Shown here: positions 29,576-38,902 of the stretch, in pieces
How the letters are laid out: each line of letters opens with the position of its first letter
How positions within the stretch are numbered: the first letter of the stretch is position 1
Sequence record: OR670491
DNA: 64,000 nt
Source of the DNA: Escherichia phage vB_EcoM_JNE01
Reading direction: 5' to 3' (one strand)
Notes under the pieces: generated by a model
Databases searched by the model: none
What the model saw: only the letters and a program-made list of their open reading frames with translations
Told to the model about the DNA's origin: nothing
Program-made: the position numbers and the translations under genes

Positions 29576-29580
29576 TACAA

Positions 29581-30000
29581 ATGAAATGTCCAATCTGTGA
29601 AAAACAATTGAATGTTGGATCAATTCCTTTCCTTTGGATGGATCGCTACGGTGATAAATGCGTTGCCAGGACTGAATGCTGTGGTCATGCAGTAACAATG
29701 CGTAAGGTTTCAACCTATACAGCAGACCCGTATGTTGGTGAGCGAAGCGAAGATGATTGGGGTACAGAGTTTACTCCTTTGAAGTCTAAAATCCAAGCAC
29801 AAGTAAACGATGAACTTTATGATTCAGTACTGATGCACTTGAAGAACAACGAACTGAGAGAAGCACTTGATGTTATTCGTTCTATTAAGAACCCTTTAAC
29901 AGCAGCTTGGGTGACTCATCAAGTACTGGAATATTTGGATACACCTAGCCAAAAACAAACGCGTAACTGGCTCATTAACGCATTGTATAGTGGAGTATAA
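29581..30000 (+). CDS. hypothetical protein with Cys-rich N-terminus
   Basis: CPIC...C...CC-H arrangement in the first 45 residues. Confidence 0.45.
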   Translation: MKCPICEKQLNVGSIPFLWMDRYGDKCVARTECCGHAVTMRKVSTYTADPYVGERSEDDWGTEFTPLKSKIQAQVNDELYDSVLMHLKNNELREALDVIRSIKNPLTAAWVTHQVLEYLDTPSQKQTRNWLINALYSGV

Positions 30001-30046
30001 GAGTAGTTGTAATCGAAGCTGTAATTTATATGTTGAGGTAGTTCAA

Positions 30047-30139
30047 ATGAAAGTTATGTTTGTATACAACGAATTTGAAGAATGCAAAGGTTGTGGTTTG
30101 CCGAACTATCTTTGTTCCTGTCATGGTGAGTATTTCTGA
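30047..30139 (+). CDS. possible 30-aa Cys-rich micro-protein
   Basis: MKVMFVYNEFEECKGCGLPNYLCSCHGEYF after GAGG; not in track. Confidence 0.25.
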   Translation: MKVMFVYNEFEECKGCGLPNYLCSCHGEYF

Positions 30140-30145
30140 AATAAA

Positions 30146-30177
30146 GGGTTGACTTCGGTCAGCCCTTTTTGCTATAA
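30146..30177 (+). terminator. composite terminator-promoter element
   Basis: GGGTTGAC-TTCG-GTCAGCCC-T5-gc-TATAAT (30172-30177); 30 nt upstream of the denV ATG. Confidence 0.65.
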
Positions 30178-30206
30178 TACTTTCATCAAGACGAGAGGAT
30201 GAAAAC

Positions 30207-30722
30207 ATGACACGCATTAACTTAGTACACGTTAAAGAACTTGCTGACCAACATCTGATGGCTGAATACCGTGAACTCCCACGCGTGTTTGGTGCTGTAC
30301 AAAAACATGTTCAAGCACGTAAACGTGTCCGTGATTTCAAAATTAACAGTACTTACCTGTTAGGTTCAGGTCATGTAACATTCTTCTACGACAAGTTACT
30401 TTACTTACAGAAGCGACATATTGATATTGTCAACGAATGTTTGCGTCGTGGTATGAAGATTCAAAACACTGAAGTAAACGATATCAGTGGGTTCCCTGCT
30501 GAGTTTTGTAATGATTACGTACCATCGGAGTCAGAGATTAAAACATCGCGTGAGCGTTTGATTGAGAAGCTCCAGATGAAGCCTAAGTGGTATAAATTTA
30601 CTGATGTTGAATGTCCACAGTACGTTAAAGATATGCAGAACGTAAGTAGTAAGATCGAATCTAGTACTGATATGTTCGACGAAATTGAAGAACAAATCAA
30701 AGATGAAATGAATAATTATTAA
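30207..30722 (+). CDS. denV: pyrimidine-dimer DNA glycosylase / AP lyase (T4 endonuclease V homologue)
   Basis: N-terminal ~100 aa closely match my recollection of T4 endonuclease V ([45 protein letters not shown]); catalytic Thr2 and Glu23 are present; acidic C-terminal extension. Confidence 0.85.
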   Translation: MTRINLVHVKELADQHLMAEYRELPRVFGAVQKHVQARKRVRDFKINSTYLLGSGHVTFFYDKLLYLQKRHIDIVNECLRRGMKIQNTEVNDISGFPAEFCNDYVPSESEIKTSRERLIEKLQMKPKWYKFTDVECPQYVKDMQNVSSKIESSTDMFDEIEEQIKDEMNNY

Positions 30723-30760
30723 AGGAAAGGATTGACTTCGGTCACACAAAGGAACATAAC

Positions 30761-30955
30761 ATGTTATTACTATATTCAAAGCGTTTCTGGATTTCTTTCA
30801 TTGTACTTTCGCTAATCGGCTTCGGTGTGAGTATAATCTTTTCGTGGGATGAATTGGGTACATGGTATTATGAAGTTCCGTGGTACATGAAGATAGCTCC
30901 TTGTTACGCGGCATTGTTCGTGTCCTTCCTTATTGTTGTCTTCAGTGAGGATTAG
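30761..30955 (+). CDS. hypothetical small membrane protein
   Basis: 64-aa hydrophobic ORF. Confidence 0.4.
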   Translation: MLLLYSKRFWISFIVLSLIGFGVSIIFSWDELGTWYYEVPWYMKIAPCYAALFVSFLIVVFSED

Positions 30956-31036
30956 TTGATGTAGTGGCTGATAAATCACATGAATTACTAAGGGTACGTT
31001 GGCCTCATCTTAATGAGAAGAAATAAACATTTTAAA

Positions 31037-31068
31037 GGGTTGACTTCTGTCAGCCCTTTTTGCTATAA
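31037..31068 (+). terminator. composite terminator-promoter element
   Basis: GGGTTGAC-TTCT-GTCAGCCC-T5-gc-TATAAT. Confidence 0.6.
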
Positions 31069-31095
31069 TTATTTCATTAACTAAAGAGGTAATAC

Positions 31096-31329
31096 ATGAA
31101 ACTATCTTTTATACGTTTAGCAGAATTCTTCGGTACTGATATCATTACTTTACAACAAATTGCAGACAATACTTCATTAAGTACACAAGAAGTACTTGAC
31201 TTGGATGTAATTAAGTGCGATAATACTTCCATCGATTACAAAGAAGGTCTTGTCGAAAAAGATAAGATTCAGGCTAAGATTAATGGTGCTGGACGGGTTC
31301 AGTACTGGAAAGGAGTTTTAAGTAAATGA
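31096..31329 (+). CDS. hypothetical protein
   Basis: 77-aa ORF, AGAGG upstream. Confidence 0.4.
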   Translation: MKLSFIRLAEFFGTDIITLQQIADNTSLSTQEVLDLDVIKCDNTSIDYKEGLVEKDKIQAKINGAGRVQYWKGVLSK

Positions 31330-32750
31330 AAATTTATATTGATAAATTTGGAACGACTTATGAATATTATGATTATACACATTATAATTCATATATACAA
31401 AAAAATCATAACCAAATGTCACCTTATTTGCATTATGAAGATTTAATGGAACTATTCTCTAAAAATGTAAATTCTATTAAATTTATTGGTTTTAAAGATG
31501 CAACATGGAAAAGTTCACATACGCATGTGTATTTTGAATATGATAATATGGTATATGAACATTCAATATCAAATATCAAAACAAAATTCGCTGATCATAG
31601 ACATAAACCAGGTAGAATATGTAGAACCTTGGAACAAATTATAAATGAGTCCATTTATATATTTAAAAAATATGATAAATTTAATTTTCATAGCAGTGCA
31701 TCATTTAATGGAGCACGAACTATAATCAATTATACAATTGAAGGACGTGAAAGAATATTTTCTATATCATTCAATTCATTAATAAAAGATTTTAAAGGGG
31801 GAAGCCCATGTTATTCATATGAAGAAGTAGAAAATATATCTATAAAAAAATTAAATGAACATAATTTGAGATTTATCTCAATTAGTAAATTTAATGGTGT
31901 GTTTAGTTGTATTGAATATGAACAACCAACACAGAAAGGAAAAAAATATGTTGATTTTAATATATTAATCTATAATGAATGGAAAGGTAATCTACCGAAT
32001 ATAACTAATGAAGAGGTGAATAATCGAATTTCAGAAAAAATGAAAAAACTAAATATCAATGAATATGAAATTGTAGAATATAACAGTACTAGGAGCATGG
32101 TTGAATATACAGTTGATGATATTTCATATACAACTAGTTACGATAAGATTATGCATCCAACTTGGAAAGGTAATCCAAGATATACAAAAGAAAGAATAAT
32201 AAAATTGTCGAAAAAATATTGCAAGGGTAAAAAATTTCAATTTAATAAAATAATTGGTAATGTTAAAGGAATTAATACTATCATTGAATTAGAACTTGAA
32301 AATGGTATGTTTATATATCCAAAATTTATACAATTAAAAGGAGGTTCTGACTTTAATACATCCACTGATGGTAAGATTTTAACAGAAATAATTTATCCTT
32401 TGTTCGACAATTATATCACACAAAAACGTTTTGAAAATTGTAGAAATCCTGAAACTGGATACTTGTTGCCATATGATTTGTATGTTCCAGAATTTAATTT
32501 ATTATTAGAAAAAGATGGAGTGCAACATTACAATCCAACAGCATATTTTAATAAAACATATGAATCATATTTGAAATTGAGAGAGAGAGATGAATTTAAA
32601 AACAAATATGCCATATCAAATGGTTATAATTTCATGCGAATAGCAGATTATGAAGATCATGAAAAAATATTGAAATCTTTCCTTAAACTCATTGAAGAGA
32701 ATCCAGGAAAGCAAATCGTGCAGATCTATGGTGAAGTACAAATTATCTAA
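31326..32750 (+). CDS. AT-rich ORF with C-terminal Vsr/DUF559-like PD-(D/E)xK nuclease motif; candidate homing-type endonuclease
   Basis: 474 aa, rich in Asn/Lys/Ile/Tyr, visibly lower G+C than its neighbours; C-terminal ...PETGYLLPYDLYVPEFNLLLEKDGVQHY fits the D...(I/L)E-x-DG-xx-H pattern of Vsr-like nucleases. Confidence 0.45.
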   Translation: MKIYIDKFGTTYEYYDYTHYNSYIQKNHNQMSPYLHYEDLMELFSKNVNSIKFIGFKDATWKSSHTHVYFEYDNMVYEHSISNIKTKFADHRHKPGRICRTLEQIINESIYIFKKYDKFNFHSSASFNGARTIINYTIEGRERIFSISFNSLIKDFKGGSPCYSYEEVENISIKKLNEHNLRFISISKFNGVFSCIEYEQPTQKGKKYVDFNILIYNEWKGNLPNITNEEVNNRISEKMKKLNINEYEIVEYNSTRSMVEYTVDDISYTTSYDKIMHPTWKGNPRYTKERIIKLSKKYCKGKKFQFNKIIGNVKGINTIIELELENGMFIYPKFIQLKGGSDFNTSTDGKILTEIIYPLFDNYITQKRFENCRNPETGYLLPYDLYVPEFNLLLEKDGVQHYNPTAYFNKTYESYLKLRERDEFKNKYAISNGYNFMRIADYEDHEKILKSFLKLIEENPGKQIVQIYGEVQII

Positions 32751-32757
32751 AACAAAA

Positions 32758-32789
32758 GGGTTGACACTAGTCAGCCCTTTTTGCTATAA
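32758..32789 (+). terminator. composite terminator-promoter element
   Basis: GGGTTGAC-ACTA-GTCAGCCC-T5-gc-TATAAT. Confidence 0.6.
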
Positions 32790-32818
32790 TCATTTCATCA
32801 ACTCAAGAGGATAAAGAC

Positions 32819-33592
32819 ATGACCCGTACAGAGAAAGCAATCCAAATCGAAAAGAACTTCAACAGCATGATGGCAGCTTTGGAATGTTTACTTGATACCC
32901 AAGCTAATTCAATCAATTCCCTGATTGTATCTGGTAAAGGTGGTGTTGGTAAAACTTACAACGTTGACCAGCGTTTACAGAAAGCTGATGATAACTTTGA
33001 AATCGACTACAAAAAGATCAGCGGTAAAGTAACCACTATGGGTTTGTACGAAGCACTGTATCGTTCACGTCATGCCGCTTCAGTACTGTTACTTGATGAC
33101 GTTGATATCTTCAGTGATGAAACTAACATTGACTTGCTCAAAGCAGTGTTGGACACGTCGGAGAAGCGGGTTGTATCTTATGCAACTTCTGGTAAGTACC
33201 TGGAGCAGCAGGGTATTCCTAAGCAGTTTGAATTCCGTGGGAAGGTAATCTTCCTGACGAACAAAAACCTGTCACAGATTGCTAAAGGTAAAAGCAGTTT
33301 AGCACCACACATTGATGCACTGATTACTCGTAGTATCTTTGTTGACCTACAACTGTTCACCAACGAAGAAGTCATGATTCACATTGAGAACATCATGAAC
33401 AAGACTAACATTCTTGAGAACAATGGTGTTAATAAAAATGGTTGTAAAGCAATCCTGAACTGGATGCTGAACAACGAAGAAAACCTGCGTTCACCTTCAC
33501 TGCGTATGCCGTGCCTGATTGCTGGTTTGTACAACAAATTCCCGTATGATTGGGAATCAATGGCAGAAAACATGTTCCTGGAAAAGAACTAA
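32819..33592 (+). CDS. P-loop NTPase
   Basis: Walker A SGKGGVGKT and Walker B-like VLLLDDVD. Confidence 0.55.
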   Translation: MTRTEKAIQIEKNFNSMMAALECLLDTQANSINSLIVSGKGGVGKTYNVDQRLQKADDNFEIDYKKISGKVTTMGLYEALYRSRHAASVLLLDDVDIFSDETNIDLLKAVLDTSEKRVVSYATSGKYLEQQGIPKQFEFRGKVIFLTNKNLSQIAKGKSSLAPHIDALITRSIFVDLQLFTNEEVMIHIENIMNKTNILENNGVNKNGCKAILNWMLNNEENLRSPSLRMPCLIAGLYNKFPYDWESMAENMFLEKN

Positions 33593-33595
33593 TAC

Positions 33596-33624
33596 TTGAC
33601 AGTACTACCAATGTACAGTACAAT
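33596..33624 (+). promoter_or_regulatory. sigma70-type promoter
   Basis: TTGACA, 17-nt spacer, TACAAT. Confidence 0.5.
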
Positions 33625-33651
33625 ACCTGTATTGAAAAGCGAGGAAACGAT

Positions 33652-33981
33652 ATGCAAGAATTTATAACACAAGATTGGGTACGAAGTTTGACATTCTTCT
33701 ATATGTTGGGGTTCGTATATTATCATGTACTGGTTGGTATACTATGGTACTTTAAGAAGCGAGCGTGTTTAACTCTGTATCCAGAATGGATGATTTTATT
33801 TTCTGTCGTACAAGGCGTTGGTGTGTTATTTGGGGCAATAACACATTGGGTGTATGTGACTGACCCTAGATTAATTTATATTGCACCTTACTTTGTATTT
33901 GGATTTGGTATCATATTTTTGTGCATGAGTGCAATATATGGTTTGGTAGTTTATCGTAGAAAAATTGTTGGCGATTTATAA
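33652..33981 (+). CDS. small membrane protein, family B
   Basis: Internal ATG (frame +102) of track ORF 33550; hydrophobic. Confidence 0.45.
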   Translation: MQEFITQDWVRSLTFFYMLGFVYYHVLVGILWYFKKRACLTLYPEWMILFSVVQGVGVLFGAITHWVYVTDPRLIYIAPYFVFGFGIIFLCMSAIYGLVVYRRKIVGDL

Positions 33982-33993
33982 GGGGATACAAAG

Positions 33994-34344
33994 ATGGGTT
34001 CTGATTACATTGAGTTTATTTTGAATAGCGGCATTGTACAAACTATTTCTATGTGTATCTTTTATCTTTATATTTTTGTTTGTGCATTTTTCTTTATTGG
34101 ATGGTACTTTAAACGTCCTTACTACGAAGTATATGCATACAGTGAAGAACTAAGTATTGCTAATAATATCTTAGCGTACTGTAGTGTAGGAGCATTAATT
34201 ATTGCAGTTGCAAGTGATAAAGGCTTAAATGTTGCATTTGCATTCTCTTATGGTGTCTGTGCATTGCCAGCATTCATTTTCTTTGGTATTATATTAGTAC
34301 TGAAATACCTTAACAAACTACGTAACCACATTCCAGAGGCATAA
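33994..34344 (+). CDS. small membrane protein, family B
   Basis: Hydrophobic; C-terminus ...LKYLNKLRNHIPEA. Confidence 0.45.
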   Translation: MGSDYIEFILNSGIVQTISMCIFYLYIFVCAFFFIGWYFKRPYYEVYAYSEELSIANNILAYCSVGALIIAVASDKGLNVAFAFSYGVCALPAFIFFGIILVLKYLNKLRNHIPEA

Positions 34345-34345
34345 T

Positions 34346-34684
34346 ATGGAGTACTTTCTGAGTTTATTACCAATGCACATTCTAATCGCTACAGGTTATT
34401 ATGTATTCTTTGCAGTATTCTTTTTCCTGATGTGGTTCTTCAAACGACCCATTTCAGTCGTGATTGACCGTAACTACTGGCCTCCTATGTTACACGTTTG
34501 GTACTGGTTTTCGTGCTTTATGTCTATTATTCACTACGCTTTGATTAGTACTGGTCAACGTTCAAATGGGGAAGGTATTTGTACTGTGTTTTTTATATTA
34601 GGAACAGCGGTATATATATTTCTTCTAGTAACACCACTGATTCAGAAGTTACGTTCTAAGATTCCTGACGTGAGAGGTCACTAA
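34346..34684 (+). CDS. small membrane protein, family B
   Basis: Hydrophobic; C-terminus ...QKLRSKIPDVRGH. Confidence 0.45.
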   Translation: MEYFLSLLPMHILIATGYYVFFAVFFFLMWFFKRPISVVIDRNYWPPMLHVWYWFSCFMSIIHYALISTGQRSNGEGICTVFFILGTAVYIFLLVTPLIQKLRSKIPDVRGH

Positions 34685-34686
34685 CA

Positions 34687-34995
34687 ATGTTTGAATTTGT
34701 AATGTTTACAGTAATTTCATTTTACTTTTGTATTTGCTGGGTTGGATTTCTCTTTGCACTGAAATCTTTTATCTTCTTTGAGAAGCAAGCAAAAGAGTTT
34801 TGGTTCCCAATCGCAGTAGTGACAGTAACATCACTGATTTGGGTATGGAAATTGTCATATGGTACATATGATGACATTCAGGTAGCACAATTTCTTCTTG
34901 GCCCTTGTGTAGTTGTATTTGTAGTAAGTTCAATTCCACCATTGTGTCGTGCAGTGAAGTCGTTTCATATGAAACAAAAAGCTAAACGCAGATAA
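34687..34995 (+). CDS. small membrane protein, family B
   Basis: Hydrophobic, basic C-terminus. Confidence 0.45.
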   Translation: MFEFVMFTVISFYFCICWVGFLFALKSFIFFEKQAKEFWFPIAVVTVTSLIWVWKLSYGTYDDIQVAQFLLGPCVVVFVVSSIPPLCRAVKSFHMKQKAKRR

Positions 34996-35006
34996 AGGAT
35001 AATAAC

Positions 35007-35324
35007 ATGCAAATTGAATTGATTCTATTCATCATCTGTGCTGTGTACATGTTATCGTGTTGGGTTGGATACCTGTTCGCAATCCCTGTATTTGACTTTT
35101 TTGAGAAACAATGCAAGAATGGTTTTATATGGGCGTGGGGTGCAACATTCAACAGTGTAATATGGACAGTACTACTTATATTCCATCCTCCTGAAGATAT
35201 GTACGGTGTGAGGATAGTACTGGTTATGACGCTTATATTAGTTGGATTATCAGCCTGTGAAGCACTATACAAAGTATTCACTTCCGTTCGTTTGAAGTAC
35301 TTGAATAAGAGGAAAGATGTATGA
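35007..35324 (+). CDS. small membrane protein, family B
   Basis: Hydrophobic; C-terminus ...LKYLNKRKDV. Confidence 0.45.
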   Translation: MQIELILFIICAVYMLSCWVGYLFAIPVFDFFEKQCKNGFIWAWGATFNSVIWTVLLIFHPPEDMYGVRIVLVMTLILVGLSACEALYKVFTSVRLKYLNKRKDV

Positions 35325-35698
35325 TTACATTTACATTAAATGCATTGACAGTAATTCTATGCTATAGTACACTAGTCTACATTGGTAAATTCTTTTGTGT
35401 AAGATTCTTTGAAGCACAATACGATGCAGCGGCTGAAGACGATATTGATAATGTTGCTATCAGTGCTATGTGTTATTGTTTTGGTTTATTCTTCACTGTA
35501 TGTGCATGGTTAACGTACTATTATGATTTTGGATACCTAGAGGGTGACAGATTCTTACTAGTGTTGTTATTGGTATTCGGTTCATTTTGTGTCGTGATAC
35601 ACTTTTTTATTCTTGTGTGTACTAGTGTAGTATATAAGTTAGTTCCGTTCTTTAAAGATTTGCACAGTAAAATCCGTGCTAAGAAGAGAGGTGAGTGA
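35321..35698 (+). CDS. small membrane protein, family B
   Basis: Hydrophobic; overlaps upstream stop; C-terminus ...SKIRAKKRGE. Confidence 0.45.
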   Translation: MITFTLNALTVILCYSTLVYIGKFFCVRFFEAQYDAAAEDDIDNVAISAMCYCFGLFFTVCAWLTYYYDFGYLEGDRFLLVLLLVFGSFCVVIHFFILVCTSVVYKLVPFFKDLHSKIRAKKRGE

Positions 35699-36051
35699 TG
35701 TTATCATTTGCGGGTCAGATTATCGTCATGGGTATTACATTATTATTCACGGTGAATAGTATTATTTTACTCGGTAAGTACTTTAATATTCGTCCAATGA
35801 ATAAGTTGTACGATAAATTAAAAGAAGATAATCCATTCTATGTATTTTTATCTGTAGCAATTGGCATAGGTTTCGTTTTAGAAGTTATTGGTTTAATTGC
35901 ATCTGCACCAGTTGTGATTGTTTTTGGAATCTTTTCTGCTACATGTGGGTTATTATTATTTTCTTTAGGTTTAATACTCGACCTATCGATTAACATTGGT
36001 ATTAAACTTAAGAAGTTTCATGAAAAGCAACTTCAGAGGGACGTAAAATGA
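35695..36051 (+). CDS. small membrane protein, family B
   Basis: Hydrophobic; overlapping start. Confidence 0.45.
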   Translation: MMLSFAGQIIVMGITLLFTVNSIILLGKYFNIRPMNKLYDKLKEDNPFYVFLSVAIGIGFVLEVIGLIASAPVVIVFGIFSATCGLLLFSLGLILDLSINIGIKLKKFHEKQLQRDVK

Positions 36052-36419
36052 CATACCGTGAGTACTTCCTAATTGTTCATATCTTATTTTTTACCGTATT
36101 TTCTGTTGTAGGGTTGATGTATTATTTTTGTATTCAACCAGTGTACAATTACTTCCAGAAGACTACTGACACAAAGGTTGTTGGTACAATTGCTGCAATC
36201 CTATTATATATGTTGAGTATCCTTCTTATAATTGGTGAAGTATTTTTTGATGGTATGCCAAATTCAGACGGTTTGCTTATTCATGAGTTTATAACTGGTT
36301 TATATTGTTTAGTTGGGTTTATTGCATTTGTGATTTTTACAGTGTACAGGATCTATAAATTTTTCATGTATCTTGGTGGACTACACGATTCTATTCGTCA
36401 GAAACGTATGGGGGAATAA
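36048..36419 (+). CDS. small membrane protein, family B
   Basis: Hydrophobic; C-terminus ...HDSIRQKRMGE. Confidence 0.45.
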   Translation: MTYREYFLIVHILFFTVFSVVGLMYYFCIQPVYNYFQKTTDTKVVGTIAAILLYMLSILLIIGEVFFDGMPNSDGLLIHEFITGLYCLVGFIAFVIFTVYRIYKFFMYLGGLHDSIRQKRMGE

Positions 36420-36465
36420 AAAAATACCCAGTACTGAAATATTGTACTGGGTATTTTAATATATT

Positions 36466-36819
36466 ATGAGATTCATTAAAGCGAGCTTGCAATCACAAAA
36501 GAAATGTCAAATTATAATTGAACACGATGGTTTGAAGATATCAGCATTTGATTTTGGAAGTACTAAACATTCTATTTGCTTTAATGATCCTGACAACGCA
36601 GTGTATTGTCTTATGATTAAAGTAAACTACTTACATAAACTTATAACAGAACCTGAATATTTTGTTCGTTTCAAAAACTTTAGTACAGAGAAACTACATG
36701 AGATATATAGAATTTCAATGATTGCATATACATTTTTGGGAATACCTGATGATGAACTTGATGTGACATTCCCTGGTGAAGCTAAAATACCTAAAGAATC
36801 ATTTTGGAAGGATTTATGA
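36466..36819 (+). CDS. hypothetical protein
   Basis: 117-aa ORF. Confidence 0.4.
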   Translation: MRFIKASLQSQKKCQIIIEHDGLKISAFDFGSTKHSICFNDPDNAVYCLMIKVNYLHKLITEPEYFVRFKNFSTEKLHEIYRISMIAYTFLGIPDDELDVTFPGEAKIPKESFWKDL

Positions 36820-37457
36820 AACACAGACTTAATAAGTTTTACACTGACTATTTCAAAGATGTAAATGCATTCTTTAAAAAATACAAGATGCATACTAAAA
36901 ATGCACAGAACAGACGAAACCCAGCATTTGCCAGACCAAGTAGAAATATTACTTCATGTACACCTACGTGCTCAACGAAAAAGATGTTAAGTGCCAAAGG
37001 TATAAAGATAGCTTATATTGAAGCATATAAAGATAATGCACGTTTGAATAGTACTGATGATATTAAATTCAGTTCTGTTAAAATGAAAATTGGTGATATT
37101 CAGTGTGAAATGGCTGTTGATTTGGAATACAATCTGGAAATCAGAATGTATGTAGCTCACGATAGTTCACGAAAAGTGGAATTAATGGGAATAACATCTT
37201 ATATTTGTAAAGATACAGATGGATTTGCATTGAAAACTTCAACGTTCAACGTTGATTCGGTAGATGATCTCGATGGTGCATTAAATCATCTGATGAGTTC
37301 TGAATGTACAGACGAACTAATGTTCCAGTACTCACTGTTGTATAAAGATATTGACCAGTACATTGAAATGTGCAAAGTACTACAACGTGTATATGATATG
37401 TACATGAAGACTGGAAAACTAACTGCATTTATTTTATATAACGCAGTAGAGGTATGA
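36816..37457 (+). CDS. hypothetical protein
   Basis: Internal ATG of track ORF 36804 after GGAAGGA; ATGA overlap. Confidence 0.45.
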   Translation: MKHRLNKFYTDYFKDVNAFFKKYKMHTKNAQNRRNPAFARPSRNITSCTPTCSTKKMLSAKGIKIAYIEAYKDNARLNSTDDIKFSSVKMKIGDIQCEMAVDLEYNLEIRMYVAHDSSRKVELMGITSYICKDTDGFALKTSTFNVDSVDDLDGALNHLMSSECTDELMFQYSLLYKDIDQYIEMCKVLQRVYDMYMKTGKLTAFILYNAVEV

Positions 37458-37458
37458 T

Positions 37459-37668
37459 ATGGAAAAGTTTTATAGTTCACTACTTCTATCTACTGAACTT
37501 GTATCATTTATGGTGTGCAAGACTAAGAAAGATTATTACATTAATAATCCAAATCCTTTAAATGATATAGAGCTATCACTTAAATTTGTAAATTGTACTG
37601 AAAATATATTAAAGTACAACAATAAAGTTTATTTTAATGTATTGAAATTGATATTTGTATATAACTAA
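37459..37668 (+). CDS. hypothetical small protein
   Basis: 69-aa ORF. Confidence 0.35.
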   Translation: MEKFYSSLLLSTELVSFMVCKTKKDYYINNPNPLNDIELSLKFVNCTENILKYNNKVYFNVLKLIFVYN

Positions 37669-37696
37669 AAAGCCAGTACAAAGTACTGGCTTTATT
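37669..37696. terminator. bidirectional rho-independent terminator
   Basis: GCCAGTAC-AAA-GTACTGGC flanked by an A-run and a T-run, between convergent genes. Confidence 0.65.
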
Positions 37697-38902
37697 TTAT
37701 ATACCACGACTGGGTATTTGATATAATTGGAATTTAGTGTAGTAATCAGAAACTGTTGTCCCGGCTGCTTGTGGGATATAGCCACTCAAATACACATCCC
37801 CTTGATTATCCATATACACTGTTGTACATTCACTTGAACAGAATAACTCGGTGTTAGATACTTTAGGAGCATCAACTGGTGTTACAAATGTAGTACTTGA
37901 TGTTGTATTACCGCGACCGAGCTTACCATACGTGTTTATACCACACATATAAAGTGAATCGGCAGTTTTAACCGTAAGCCCACCATATGTTAATGAATTT
38001 GATTTCATTTCCATATCATCTGATATTGGTAGAGTGGAGATAGTGGATAATACTGTCCAAGAATTAGCGGATGAACCATTACCCAAGTTACCATCGGACT
38101 GAATCCCACTTGCACGAACTGTATATGTATTATTCGTGTTGTGTTTATATACAACCCATGATGCACTCCCACCGAGTTCATAATGTATAACAGTATTGTT
38201 GGCGAATGCACCCATTTGTGTCCATACTCTAATGTTAGTTGCATTATTACTTATACCAAGCGAACCCCATGTGTTTTGACCAGTGACCCAAAGTGTTTTA
38301 TCAATTTTCTGCACAATCACTGCACTTGAACCTGTTTTAACACTATCAACATTCGTATTAATTGACGTAAAAGTTGATAATCTAGTGGTTGTGTTATTAC
38401 CAAAATATCCCTGTGTATTCGTCCCCATTCCATATAGCGTACCATTTTCAAGTAAAACAAAAATACCCTCACCTACAAGTTGAATGTCCTTAATTTGGGA
38501 CAATTGTGTAGCATTGAATACTGATGTAAAATATGAAGTACAATCAGTATAAGTACTGGCAGTACTTAAACCTGCACCAATAGCTTTACCAACCCCACTG
38601 TAATAAAATTTATTATCTTCAGTTTGGATTAAATTAAAAGTACCTTGGGCTGTTCTGAAACGTTTTACATTTTGGTATATTAAAGTCCATTCTTTTACTT
38701 TCGCATTATGTACACCATTCCCGAATCCATAGTTTTGTGAAGTAGTTCCACCTATACCCATTAAGTCTCCATTTTTATATAATAGTAAGAGTGCTGTTGC
38801 TGGAATTACTGACGCACTATAACCATTGTACATAAAGATTTCTTTCACTTCAGGAACTTTCATTTTATTAGCGTATTTAACCATTCTTGCAAAAGGTAAC
38901 AT
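37697..38902 (-). CDS. RCC1-like beta-propeller repeat protein, paralog 1
   Basis: 401 aa; N-terminus MLPFARMVKYANK; Gly/Asn/Thr/Ser-rich repeats typical of RCC1-like blades. Confidence 0.6.
   Translation of the reverse strand: MLPFARMVKYANKMKVPEVKEIFMYNGYSASVIPATALLLLYKNGDLMGIGGTTSQNYGFGNGVHNAKVKEWTLIYQNVKRFRTAQGTFNLIQTEDNKFYYSGVGKAIGAGLSTASTYTDCTSYFTSVFNATQLSQIKDIQLVGEGIFVLLENGTLYGMGTNTQGYFGNNTTTRLSTFTSINTNVDSVKTGSSAVIVQKIDKTLWVTGQNTWGSLGISNNATNIRVWTQMGAFANNTVIHYELGGSASWVVYKHNTNNTYTVRASGIQSDGNLGNGSSANSWTVLSTISTLPISDDMEMKSNSLTYGGLTVKTADSLYMCGINTYGKLGRGNTTSSTTFVTPVDAPKVSNTELFCSSECTTVYMDNQGDVYLSGYIPQAAGTTVSDYYTKFQLYQIPSRGI

Noticed and set aside
31326-32750. GIY-YIG homing endonuclease assignment from the N-terminal KIYI...YEY
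   Set aside because: It does not fit the GIY-(10-11 aa)-YIG spacing; only the C-terminal Vsr-like motif is used.
32819-33592. Calling the P-loop protein ParA/MinD because of the KGGVGKT Walker A
   Set aside because: The Walker A box is about 40 residues from the N-terminus and the rest does not recall ParA; kept as a generic P-loop NTPase.
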